From: a virus | Taxonomy: Duplodnaviria > Caudoviricetes | IMG/VR virus record: IMGVR_UViG_3300035424_000154 | Span: 23,116-87,115 of that record | Reading direction: 5' to 3' (one strand) | Length of the DNA stretch: 64,000 nt | Shown here: positions 24,887 to 33,621 of the stretch, piece after piece | Layout of the letters: each line of letters starts with the position of its first letter | How positions within the stretch are numbered: position 1 is the first letter of the stretch | Notes under the pieces: model-generated | Databases searched by the model: none | Told to the model about the DNA's origin: nothing | What the model saw: only the letters and a program-made list of their open reading frames with translations | Position numbers and translations under genes: made by a program

Positions 24887-25683
24887 ATGTGTAAACATAT
24901 TGTCCCTGCCGCTATTCGTGGAAGATATGCGGGGGGGGGACAAGATAGTTCAGCACTTGGAAGTTCGCCCTGATTTTTGTACCAACACCTTGACGGGAGT
25001 TCAGAAAGATAATGTGCTAATTGAAATATGCGAAAGCGAGGAAACCAATGTGAAAATCGTATGTGAGCAGCGTTGTGACGAAGGTGTACGCTTTTTTAAG
25101 GATGATGTCTGCGGCACCATTCGCACCATTGACGGGGGGGGGCAAAAGAGTAATGGAAATCAGTGAGAAACTTGAAGCGGGTGTCCGTGTTCGGAAACTA
25201 ACCCAGCTGGAAGCGTGGCGGCTGATGGGGTTCTCTGACGAGGACTTCTATAAAGCGCAGATCGCAATGAACCAAAATCTATACGGCGGCAATGACCGTA
25301 GCGGCTCCCAGCTTTACAAACAGGCGGGAAATTCCATCGTGGTGGATGTGCTTTGTGCCATTATGCAGGAGTTGTATGATGCCATGCCATATCTCTTCGA
25401 GGATATGGTGGTTGGCTCCTTCTTCTCCGGTATCGGCGCATTTGAAAAGGCACTTTCCACTTTTGATACCCCTTTTGATAGCGATGCAGAAAACTGTCCA
25501 GTTGAGAGTGATGAGTTAAGGCAACTCGGATATATCAACGACTACAACGGAGATGCCAACCGTGTTTATGACGGATCAACTGTTGCTCGTGCCTTGAAAG
25601 CTGAGGCTGGGGGAGGTGGAGCAAAGACTGGTTGGTACAAAATCCAACGAAGCGACCTACACAAACCGGCATTTGTCGGATAG
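24887..25683 (+). CDS. C5-cytosine methyltransferase, C-module (TRD-like segments, motifs IX, X, then I); two G9 frameshifts
   Basis: AIRGRY, NTLTGVQKDN, RKLTQLEAWRLMGF, YKQAGNSIVV, GSFFSGIGAFEKAL; G9 at 24931-39 and 25134-42; internal ATG at 25153. Confidence 0.75.
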
Positions 25684-25689
25684 AAAGGG

Positions 25690-25986
25690 ATGATTTCTAT
25701 GAACATTGAACTGAAAGATCGCAGGGAGGCATACCAGAGGGTCAAACCGAAGTGCTCTAACCGTAAGGCTATGATTCTGAATGTGCTGACCAGCGGTGAT
25801 CCTGGGGGTATGACCGCCGACGAAATCGGCGATCGGCTGGTGGCTGATGGCATAATCGCCACCAACAGTCCGAACTTCACCAGGCCGCGCCTGACAGAAC
25901 TGAAGGCCGAGGGTGTGGTTGAGGTCGTCGGCAGGCGTCCCGGCAGATCGGGGTGCAACACGGCAGTGTGGAAGGTAAAGCGCTGA
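25690..25986 (+). CDS. Small winged-HTH-like protein
   Basis: GMTADEI...RPRLTELKAEG. Confidence 0.6.
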   Translation: MISMNIELKDRREAYQRVKPKCSNRKAMILNVLTSGDPGGMTADEIGDRLVADGIIATNSPNFTRPRLTELKAEGVVEVVGRRPGRSGCNTAVWKVKR

Positions 25987-26246
25987 TGTATGGCGAGTAC
26001 ACCTGCCTCGATTGCGGCCAGACCTTCGACGAGCCACGACGCTGGGAAGAACGCCATGGGCTGGGCACTCCACCCTATGAGCAGTTTAGTGGTTGTCCCT
26101 ATTGTGGCGGGGTTTATACCCGCACTGTTCTGTGTGATGCCTGCGGACAGCCGATAACCGGCGAGTATGTCAAAATCCAACCGACCGGCGATTGCTTTTG
26201 TGACGAGTGCTTCATGATAAAGTCGCTGGGCGAGGATGATCTGTGA
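25986..26246 (+). CDS. Small zinc-finger protein
   Basis: CxxC pairs CLDC, CPYC, CDAC, CDEC. Confidence 0.6.
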   Translation: MYGEYTCLDCGQTFDEPRRWEERHGLGTPPYEQFSGCPYCGGVYTRTVLCDACGQPITGEYVKIQPTGDCFCDECFMIKSLGEDDL

Positions 26247-26259
26247 GAGGGGTTTCAAG

Positions 26260-27039
26260 ATGAAAAGCTCAGTCAAAATACGCATAAAGAACAACCTGCG
26301 TGGTATGGTGCTGCTGGTCTGCTTTATCGCTATCTGGTATGTGGCTTCGTGTTTTACGACGCCCCTGTTTATTCCTGCTCCTGCTGCTGTGTGGCAAGCA
26401 ATCGTTGGGCTGGCGGAGACGGGTCAATTACAGAAGGGGTTGCTGTACTCCTTCATGAGGATTACCAGTGCGTCAGCTCTTTCTATGCTGGTGGCAATAC
26501 CCCTCTCGTTGCTGATCTATGGTGTGAAACCCCTCAAAGAAACAATCATGCCGGTCGTCTCGTTCCTACGATATGTACCCGTCACCGCGTTCTCCCCGCT
26601 CCTGATCCTCTGGTTTGGCATTGATGAGGAAATGAAGATTTCATTCTTGTTCACTGCTACCTTCGTTTACCTACTGCCGTCAATCCTACTTTGTTTCAAC
26701 GATGTACCACAAGACCTAATGGACACCGGTAAAACGATTGGAATGACCAGCTGGGAGACAATCAAGGAGATTTTGCTTCCTGCCTCGCTCCCCTCCATTT
26801 GTAACACATTCCTTATGATGTATGGCATTGGTTGGACGTACTGCGCTGTGGTAGAAGCCACTAATGCTAAATACGGGCTGGGCTTTATCATCAACGTTAG
26901 CTCTGCCAGGGGGCGAACAGCGGTAGTGTTTGGGGCAATTATCGTCATTATGGTGTTCAGCTTTGTTTTTGACAAGCTCGGAAATATTTTGATTCAGAAA
27001 GTCTTTCGATGGAGGTTCTGCAATGATCAAGTTGAATGA
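26260..27039 (+). CDS. ABC transporter permease (SsuC/TauC-like)
   Basis: FIPAP, RYVPVTAFSPLLILWFGI, EAA-like loop, GLGFII. Confidence 0.88.
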   Translation: MKSSVKIRIKNNLRGMVLLVCFIAIWYVASCFTTPLFIPAPAAVWQAIVGLAETGQLQKGLLYSFMRITSASALSMLVAIPLSLLIYGVKPLKETIMPVVSFLRYVPVTAFSPLLILWFGIDEEMKISFLFTATFVYLLPSILLCFNDVPQDLMDTGKTIGMTSWETIKEILLPASLPSICNTFLMMYGIGWTYCAVVEATNAKYGLGFIINVSSARGRTAVVFGAIIVIMVFSFVFDKLGNILIQKVFRWRFCNDQVE

Positions 27040-27673
27040 CTTATCCATTGGATATGGCGGTGAGGCCATCCTGGAGCATCTGAATATGGATTTTGACGAC
27101 GGCCTGATCTACGGTATCTTGGCAAAATCGGGAGCAGGCAAAACGACACTTTTGAAAACCATTGCCGGTCTGATTCCGCCTGTTAAAGGCCATGTCAGTA
27201 TTGATGGCGTGTATTATCGGACTTCCAGACGCAATCCGGTGTACATGATACATCAGCGATATTGCAATTTCAACTGGCTCACCTGTTTGGAAAATGTGTT
27301 GATTGCTCAGCGCGATAGGCGAGAACGGTACACAACCGAAAGCCGCGACAATGCCTATTCTGCTCTCTGCCAAGTAGAGTTGGGTGACTGCAAAGACAAA
27401 TGGCCGTGTCAGCTCTCTGGTGGTATGCAACAGCGCCTTGCTTTGGCAAGGACGTTGTATGTACAGCCGAAATATCTACTCATGGATGAGCCGCTGTCAG
27501 CCTTAGATGATCGGACACGCGCCGAAATGCAGCGTCTAATTTTAGACGTACATGAAGCAACAGGCAATACAATCATTATGGTAACACACAGCCAGGACGA
27601 AGCGTTCAAAATGTGTGATGAAATAATCAAATTTGAAGCGAAAGGAGTTGTAGACCATGGCAAATCTGCTTGA
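27023..27673 (+). CDS. ABC transporter ATP-binding protein
   Basis: KSGAGKT, LSGGMQQR, LLMDEP, MVTH. Confidence 0.92.
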   Translation: MIKLNDLSIGYGGEAILEHLNMDFDDGLIYGILAKSGAGKTTLLKTIAGLIPPVKGHVSIDGVYYRTSRRNPVYMIHQRYCNFNWLTCLENVLIAQRDRRERYTTESRDNAYSALCQVELGDCKDKWPCQLSGGMQQRLALARTLYVQPKYLLMDEPLSALDDRTRAEMQRLILDVHEATGNTIIMVTHSQDEAFKMCDEIIKFEAKGVVDHGKSA

Positions 27674-28214
27674 ACGCATGGGGCTGGTTCGTGCCGAATA
27701 CGATGGCCCGCCCGTTGCGCCCCCGGTACCCCTGTCAGAGATCCCATACGCGCCGGATGTACCGGAGATTGACGCCTCCCAGGTGTCCTATGAGGATGTC
27801 ATTCCCTCTATTTATCAGCAAGGCGGGGTGAGTGACGACGATTCGATCTTCAAGATCAAGGCTTACATCGACATCCTGCCCCCAGAGATGACCAAGGCAA
27901 AGAAGCAGGCGTCCATTGCTGGTATTCTCACTGTCAACGGGATCAATGTGGGCAACCTCATCAATGATGGCCTGAATCGCGTTCATGTCTTAGAGACTGC
28001 GGAGAGCAGTATCAAGGCTGAAAGCGATAAGCTGATCGCTGAAGCTGAGGCGGACATTGAGCACTTGAAGTCTCTGATTGAAAGTGCTGAGGCAAAAATC
28101 CAGGAGTCGAAACAGAAGAGTGCCGATTCCAGCGCTGCCATCCAAAGGGAAAAGGAAGCTATCACCCAGCTTTTGGAGTTTGCAGACGGCGTTGCCGGCA
28201 AGGAAGGAGAGTAA
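27657..28214 (+). CDS. Hypothetical coiled-coil protein
   Basis: Operonic with ABC and PspA genes. Confidence 0.6.
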   Translation: MANLLERMGLVRAEYDGPPVAPPVPLSEIPYAPDVPEIDASQVSYEDVIPSIYQQGGVSDDDSIFKIKAYIDILPPEMTKAKKQASIAGILTVNGINVGNLINDGLNRVHVLETAESSIKAESDKLIAEAEADIEHLKSLIESAEAKIQESKQKSADSSAAIQREKEAITQLLEFADGVAGKEGE

Positions 28215-28216
28215 CT

Positions 28217-29035
28217 ATGGGAATGGTAATTGGAGCGGCAGCGGTTGTATTTGTGCTTGCCCTGATTGTGTTTCCCGGCGTGCGGCAAAAAATCAGGGTG
28301 CTTGTTGGCGGGTTCCTTAATATTTTTGTTGAGGATGTGGCAAAAACGCCCGAGGGCGCAAAAGCTGTGTTCCAGCAGGCCATTGAGGAAGTACAGAACC
28401 GCTACAATAAGGCTGGTGACACCCTAAATCGGTTTAGGGGTGAGCAAGCCTCTGTGCAAAGAGAGCTAAATAGGCTCCGTTCTGAGCTGCAAGATGTTGA
28501 GAAGAAGTGCGAGTCATTGGTCAGGTCGGGCAATATGGCGGATGCTGCCATCTACTCAAACAGACGCGAAGAAATCTTGTTTGAGATTTCCCAAAAGGAA
28601 GGGTACCTGCGCGAGCTTGATCCGATGATCAGAGAAGCCCAGACTGTTTATGAGGCATATGACAAAAAGCTCCGTGAGCTGAAGAAGCAAAGCCGCATGA
28701 CCGTTGAGGAAATGAAGCTGCGGGGCAATATGAAAGACCTCTTGGGTGATCTGGACGAGTTGCGGCGCGATTCCGCAACCGATAAGCTCTTGGGTGTCGT
28801 TCGGGACGGTGCGGAAGATCTTCGCAAAGAGGTTGACGGGGCGATTCTTGTACACGCCAGCCGCACGTCTACCAAAATGTCAACGGCTGAGAAACACGCG
28901 GCACAAGCTCAGTCTGATGCTTACCTACAGTCCCTTGCCGCAAAGTACGGGGGACAGCCTGCTTTGTCGGCTCCTCGTGCTGGTTTCACACTCAACACTA
29001 CCGCTAAATCTACCGTCAAAGAAGAAAGGAAGTAA
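28217..29035 (+). CDS. PspA/IM30-like coiled-coil protein with N-terminal TM
   Basis: TPEGAKAVFQQAIEE, long heptad region, size and composition of PspA family. Confidence 0.65.
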   Translation: MGMVIGAAAVVFVLALIVFPGVRQKIRVLVGGFLNIFVEDVAKTPEGAKAVFQQAIEEVQNRYNKAGDTLNRFRGEQASVQRELNRLRSELQDVEKKCESLVRSGNMADAAIYSNRREEILFEISQKEGYLRELDPMIREAQTVYEAYDKKLRELKKQSRMTVEEMKLRGNMKDLLGDLDELRRDSATDKLLGVVRDGAEDLRKEVDGAILVHASRTSTKMSTAEKHAAQAQSDAYLQSLAAKYGGQPALSAPRAGFTLNTTAKSTVKEERK

Positions 29036-29041
29036 TCTGTC

Positions 29042-30646
29042 ATGAAGAGAATGAAGTTGACTACTGCTGGCCGTGTGGTGATCTTCGTAATCGTGCTGGC
29101 GCTCCTCGCCGGTATCGGCGGCTTCGGCTACAACTACTACAAGAACAACATCGAACCCAACAAGCCTATTGTGTCTACGCCGAACAGCTCCAGCGCTCCT
29201 GGTAGCAGCGGTAACGGTGTTGGCAATACCCAGAATCCCACGACAACTCCTTCGGCGGGCAAAACCGATACCTCAAGCCCGGTGATCAACCTGTCCTTGG
29301 ATGAATGGGTGGGCTGGAAGCCCATCATTGACGCCAACCAGGGCTTGACCACGCAACCCGGCTCCATTTTTGACAAGTTGGGCATTAAGGTCAACATCAA
29401 TATTATCAACGACGCCACCGCCAGTAGCAATGCGTTGATTACTGGCGAGCTGAACGCGGCAGGCTATACTACTAACCGCACCTCGTTCCTCTCTGGCAAG
29501 TTCCAAGAGGCTGGTCTAAATGTGGTTATGCCGGTGTTTACGAACTACAGCGCTGGCGGCGACGGCATCATTGCCAAGTCCGACATCAATACTGTGGACG
29601 ACTTGATCGGTAAGAAAATCGGCGTCCCTCGTTTCAGCGAAGCCCAGACCCTTGTGGCTTGGTTTGTAAACAAGTCTGATCTGACCGATACCGAGAAGCA
29701 GTCTATCATTGACAATATGATTCTGTTTGAGGATGCGTCTGAGACAGGCGAGGCGTTCTTCGCCGGCCAGCTGGACGTGGCTGCTACTTGGCAACCCTAC
29801 CTGTCCTATGCCACCGAAAACAGCGATGCGCACATTATGTTCTCGACTACGGCATCCAAGAGTCTGATTATGGACGGTATTGTGTTCCGCGCTGATTTTG
29901 CTCAGGCACACCCAGACGTTGTGACGGCTTTTATTGACGGCATCTTCCAGGCTAACGAAATGTATACCACTGAGTTTGATTACATCCGGGCCGTTATGCC
30001 CATGTTTGCCGGTGTATCCGACGAGGAAATTAAGGCTCAGTGCGGCGATGCTGAAATGATGAGCTATGCCGAGAACAAGGAAGTTTTGGATTCCACCGCT
30101 CCCTCCGTCTACTCTGATATGTGCGACATCTGGGAGTCTCTGGGTGAGACAGTAAACCGTAAGGCGGCTATGTCCCTTTTCGATAATCAGTATTTGCTGC
30201 CGCTGGCAAGCAAGTATTCCTCTACTCCTTCCAATACCAATAAGCCTGTTGAACTGACCGAGGAGCAGAAGGAAGAGATTATCAACTATGAGGCACTGCT
30301 GACCAAGAGCGCTACCATTGAGTTTGTGGCGGATATGGCAGCGTTCAGAAATCCCGACGAAGCATATGCCACCTTGGATGAATTTGTGGCTATTGCCAAT
30401 ACCCTGGACGGCGCAATTATTCAGGTGGAGGGCAATATCAACGCCCGTGACTACAGCGATTCTGGTCAGGCGTTGTCTGCTGAGCGTGCCAAGGCTGTCG
30501 CCAAGTATCTTATTGCCTGCGGTATTGATCCCAACCGTATCATTACAGTGGGTAATGGCAACACGAAGATGGTCGCTGATCCCGGCTCTGCTGACGCATA
30601 TCTGAACCGTAGAACCGATGTATTCTTCAAAATTATTGAAGAGTGA
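29042..30646 (+). CDS. ABC substrate-binding (SsuA/NMT1-like) plus C-terminal OmpA-like peptidoglycan-binding domain
   Basis: TM anchor, S/T/P linker, DEWVGW, SAGGDGII, TWQPY; QALSAERAKAVAKYL, GNGN, NRRTDV. Confidence 0.85.
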   Translation: MKRMKLTTAGRVVIFVIVLALLAGIGGFGYNYYKNNIEPNKPIVSTPNSSSAPGSSGNGVGNTQNPTTTPSAGKTDTSSPVINLSLDEWVGWKPIIDANQGLTTQPGSIFDKLGIKVNINIINDATASSNALITGELNAAGYTTNRTSFLSGKFQEAGLNVVMPVFTNYSAGGDGIIAKSDINTVDDLIGKKIGVPRFSEAQTLVAWFVNKSDLTDTEKQSIIDNMILFEDASETGEAFFAGQLDVAATWQPYLSYATENSDAHIMFSTTASKSLIMDGIVFRADFAQAHPDVVTAFIDGIFQANEMYTTEFDYIRAVMPMFAGVSDEEIKAQCGDAEMMSYAENKEVLDSTAPSVYSDMCDIWESLGETVNRKAAMSLFDNQYLLPLASKYSSTPSNTNKPVELTEEQKEEIINYEALLTKSATIEFVADMAAFRNPDEAYATLDEFVAIANTLDGAIIQVEGNINARDYSDSGQALSAERAKAVAKYLIACGIDPNRIITVGNGNTKMVADPGSADAYLNRRTDVFFKIIEE

Positions 30647-30704
30647 TCCTCATATCTGGCGGGAGGGGCAACGCCCCTCCCCTGGGTACCAAATATAGTA
30701 AGGA

Positions 30705-31352
30705 GTGGTAAATTTGGATGACGTAAAGAAGGGCGTAGATTTGGATGCACTGAAACAGCGGTTTATTGAGATCTGTGCCACTATCAATCGTTCGGGCATG
30801 GAGGAGCTGATGGGGTGGCTTGAACGCTCCGATTTCTATACTGCCCCAGCCAGCACTCGATTCCATGGCAGCTATAAGGGCGGTTTGCTGGAACACAGCC
30901 TTAATGTCTATGACAAGCTGTCGGGGTTCGTGTCAAGGTATCCCGAGCTTGGTATCTCCCCTGAAACGGTAGCGGTTACTGCCCTATTCCATGATCTGTG
31001 CAAGGTGAACAATTACATCTCTGACTTCAAAAATGTCAAGGTGTACAGTGAGCATGGTTCAAAGAATGACGCCAAGGGCCGGTTTGACTGGGAGATGCAG
31101 CCCACATTCAAAACAGAAGACCGTCTCCCTCTGGGGCACGGCGAGAAGTCTGTTATTATCCTTCAGAGCTATATCAAGCTCACGCGGGATGAAATTTATG
31201 CCATCCGCTGGCATATGGGCAGTTTTGACAGTGCGGTCAAGGGTGGTGACTACGGTATGGGTAACGCTTTTGAGCTTTGTCCGCTGGCCGTTATGACACA
31301 TTTGGCTGACATGGAAGCTACTTACCTGGTAGAAGGTAAGAGCAAAGAATAG
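30705..31352 (+). CDS. HD-domain hydrolase
   Basis: FHGSYKGGLLEHS, LFHDLCK, LGHGEKS, IRWHMG. Confidence 0.8.
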   Translation: MVNLDDVKKGVDLDALKQRFIEICATINRSGMEELMGWLERSDFYTAPASTRFHGSYKGGLLEHSLNVYDKLSGFVSRYPELGISPETVAVTALFHDLCKVNNYISDFKNVKVYSEHGSKNDAKGRFDWEMQPTFKTEDRLPLGHGEKSVIILQSYIKLTRDEIYAIRWHMGSFDSAVKGGDYGMGNAFELCPLAVMTHLADMEATYLVEGKSKE

Positions 31353-31361
31353 GAGGTAGCT

Positions 31362-31610
31362 ATGAAAAAGATTGGCGCATTTTTGCTGGCCGTTGCCTTG
31401 TGCGCTTCCTTGGCAGCGTGCGGTAATCGGCAAATCCTTGACACAACCTACACCTACGATCGTGCAATTATTTCTTTGCCTAACGGCGAGGTGGTTGATG
31501 GGAAAATTCAGTCGTGGCGTGATTACGAGGATGGCGACCAGATTCAGGTCACAGTCGATGGTAAGACGTATTTGGTGCATAGCACCAATATTGCTCTGAT
31601 CAACGATTGA
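31362..31610 (+). CDS. Small lipoprotein
   Basis: Signal peptide with lipobox LAAC. Confidence 0.7.
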   Translation: MKKIGAFLLAVALCASLAACGNRQILDTTYTYDRAIISLPNGEVVDGKIQSWRDYEDGDQIQVTVDGKTYLVHSTNIALIND

Positions 31611-31625
31611 AAACAAAATACATAG
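31609..31625 (+). promoter_or_regulatory. Element-wide intergenic motif, copy 7
   Basis: GAAAACAAAATACATAG. Confidence 0.65.
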
Positions 31626-31639
31626 TACGGAGGGCAATT

Positions 31640-32347
31640 ATGGCAGACAACGAAAAACTGCAAGCAGAGTTGCAGGTACTGAGGGCCGAAAATGCTCAGC
31701 TCAAAGATGAGCTGCAAAAGCTGACGGCAACCCAGTCTGAAAAAAGTGTGTTCCAGACTCTGAACGAGTACGACATCTCGGAGCACCTAAAGAAAAAGGA
31801 CAAAATTATCTACCTGCCGTGGTCAAAGGCGTGGATGATCCTGAAGACGCTTTACCCCGATTCTCAGGTCGAGGTCATTGAAAATGCTGGTTTTGATAGT
31901 GACGACGTTGTTCGCTATTTCACGGACGGCAAGACTGCATGGGTAAAGGTTGCTATCACAATCAAAGGCCACACCGAAACCGAGAGTCTGGCAATCATGG
32001 ATTTCCGCAACAAGTCTATCCCCGTGGCGAACATCACCTCAGCTGACGTGGAAAAGTCGATCAAGCGTTGCATGGTTAAATGTGCGGCACTGCACGGCCT
32101 CGGGTTGTCTCTCTGGACTGGTGAGGAGCTTTCCAGCGCCGCCCGCGAGAAGAAGGAGAACGACTTGGACGGCGTGAAGCAGGATATCTTGATCATTGTC
32201 AGTGGCAAGCTGGAGGCCGGTGTCCCGAAGGAGCAGATCTACAAGGTCATTGAGTCCATCGCGGGTACTAAAAACCCCAACGCCATTAAGGATATCCCCA
32301 CGGCCCAAAAGGTCGCTGAGCAGATTAAGAAACTGGAGGTAAAGTAA
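31640..32347 (+). CDS. Sak/Rad52-like single-strand annealing protein (DUF1071)
   Basis: YLPWSKAW, YFTDGKTAWVKV, LAIMDFRNKSI, KSIKRCMVKCAALHGLGL. Confidence 0.8.
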   Translation: MADNEKLQAELQVLRAENAQLKDELQKLTATQSEKSVFQTLNEYDISEHLKKKDKIIYLPWSKAWMILKTLYPDSQVEVIENAGFDSDDVVRYFTDGKTAWVKVAITIKGHTETESLAIMDFRNKSIPVANITSADVEKSIKRCMVKCAALHGLGLSLWTGEELSSAAREKKENDLDGVKQDILIIVSGKLEAGVPKEQIYKVIESIAGTKNPNAIKDIPTAQKVAEQIKKLEVK

Positions 32348-32348
32348 G

Positions 32349-32783
32349 ATGCTGAACAAAGCAATCATTATGGGGCGCTTGACCCGCGATCCCGAAATCA
32401 GGCAGACACAGAGCGGTCTTTCGGTGTGTAGCTTCTCTGTTGCTGTTGACCGTGACATCGTGAACAAGAGCACCAACCAGCGCGAGACGGATTTCATCAA
32501 CGTGACTGCGTGGCGTAGCACCGCCGATTTTGTTGGCAAGTACTTCACCAAAGGCAGTTTGATCGTTGTCGAGGGGCGTATTCAGGTGCGCAATTACACC
32601 GACAAGGACAACAACAAGCGTACTGCCACTGAGATCGTTGCCAATAGCGTTTACTTCGGCGGCAGCAAAAAGAAGGATGATGATCCCGCTGATGCACCTT
32701 CCGCGCCTTCCTCTAATGCCTCTGCTTCGCAGAACGATTATGCCGAGATGGGCGCTCCCAACGAAGACGACCTGCCCTTCTGA
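32349..32783 (+). CDS. ssb: Single-stranded DNA-binding protein
   Basis: MLNKAIIMGRLTRDPE, KGSLIVVEGRIQ, acidic tail DDLPF. Confidence 0.95.
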   Translation: MLNKAIIMGRLTRDPEIRQTQSGLSVCSFSVAVDRDIVNKSTNQRETDFINVTAWRSTADFVGKYFTKGSLIVVEGRIQVRNYTDKDNNKRTATEIVANSVYFGGSKKKDDDPADAPSAPSSNASASQNDYAEMGAPNEDDLPF

Positions 32784-32786
32784 TAG

Positions 32787-33542
32787 ATGGACAATTCATT
32801 TCTTCTGGACGCTATGGACTGGTCGTACTCCCGTGTTAGTAGTTTCGATCAATGCCCACATATGTTCGACCTTACATACCTCCAATGCAAAGATCGCATA
32901 GAAAATGCTTTTGCTCAGTGGGGGTCGCTGGGGCACTCGCTTTTTGAGAGATACTTCCGGCAGCAGATCGAATTATGGGATATGTCCCGCCTCTATGAGA
33001 GTGAATATCCTACGGTAATTTCAGAGCGGTTCCCATTTCCACGGTTGGAGGAAAGCTATTACGAGCGTGGTTTTGAGTATTTCAACGACTTCCCTGGGCA
33101 AATTGGGGATGAAGTAGAGATACTTGGAATAGAGGAGCGATATCACTCCACCTTGGGTGGTAGGCCGGTGGTCGGCGTCATCGACCTGATCCCCCGTAAT
33201 AAGTCCGGCTTGATTGTCTGTGACCACAAAAGTCGCGGCAAGTGGAAGTCCAAAGAAGAACGCCGAAAGTACCTCCGTCAGCTGAACATCTACGCTATAC
33301 GGCTGAAAGAGAAGTATGGAGAATGGCCCACCGAATTGTGGTTTAACAAGTTCCGTGAGGGCTGTTTGGACAGGGAACCATTTTCTGAGATTGCCGCACA
33401 GGAAGACAGAGACTGGTTCTTGCGATCCATTGATAACATCTATAAGGCCGAGAGTTTCCCGGCTAAACCAGATCGTTTCTTTTGCGACTATCTGTGCTCT
33501 GTGCGAGAGCACTGTGCGCACTCAGCATCGTTCGTAGAATGA
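32787..33542 (+). CDS. PD-(D/E)XK nuclease (Cas4/RecB-like)
   Basis: WSYSRV..FDQCP, GVIDL, DHKS, QLNIY, C-terminal CDYLC..C. Confidence 0.85.
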   Translation: MDNSFLLDAMDWSYSRVSSFDQCPHMFDLTYLQCKDRIENAFAQWGSLGHSLFERYFRQQIELWDMSRLYESEYPTVISERFPFPRLEESYYERGFEYFNDFPGQIGDEVEILGIEERYHSTLGGRPVVGVIDLIPRNKSGLIVCDHKSRGKWKSKEERRKYLRQLNIYAIRLKEKYGEWPTELWFNKFREGCLDREPFSEIAAQEDRDWFLRSIDNIYKAESFPAKPDRFFCDYLCSVREHCAHSASFVE

Positions 33543-33563
33543 AAGACTGGTTTCATTCAGAAG

Positions 33564-33596
33564 AAGTCCCCGCTCATGAAGAGTGGGCGGGGACTT
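33564..33596 (+). terminator. Terminator-like hairpin
   Basis: AAGTCCCCGC...GCGGGGACTT followed by TCT. Confidence 0.55.
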
Positions 33597-33621
33597 TCTG
33601 AGAATTGAGGTGATTTTATCC

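Noticed and set aside
32787-33542. Cas4 as evidence of a CRISPR system
   Set aside because: Sits with Sak and SSB in a recombination module; a common phage PD-(D/E)XK nuclease
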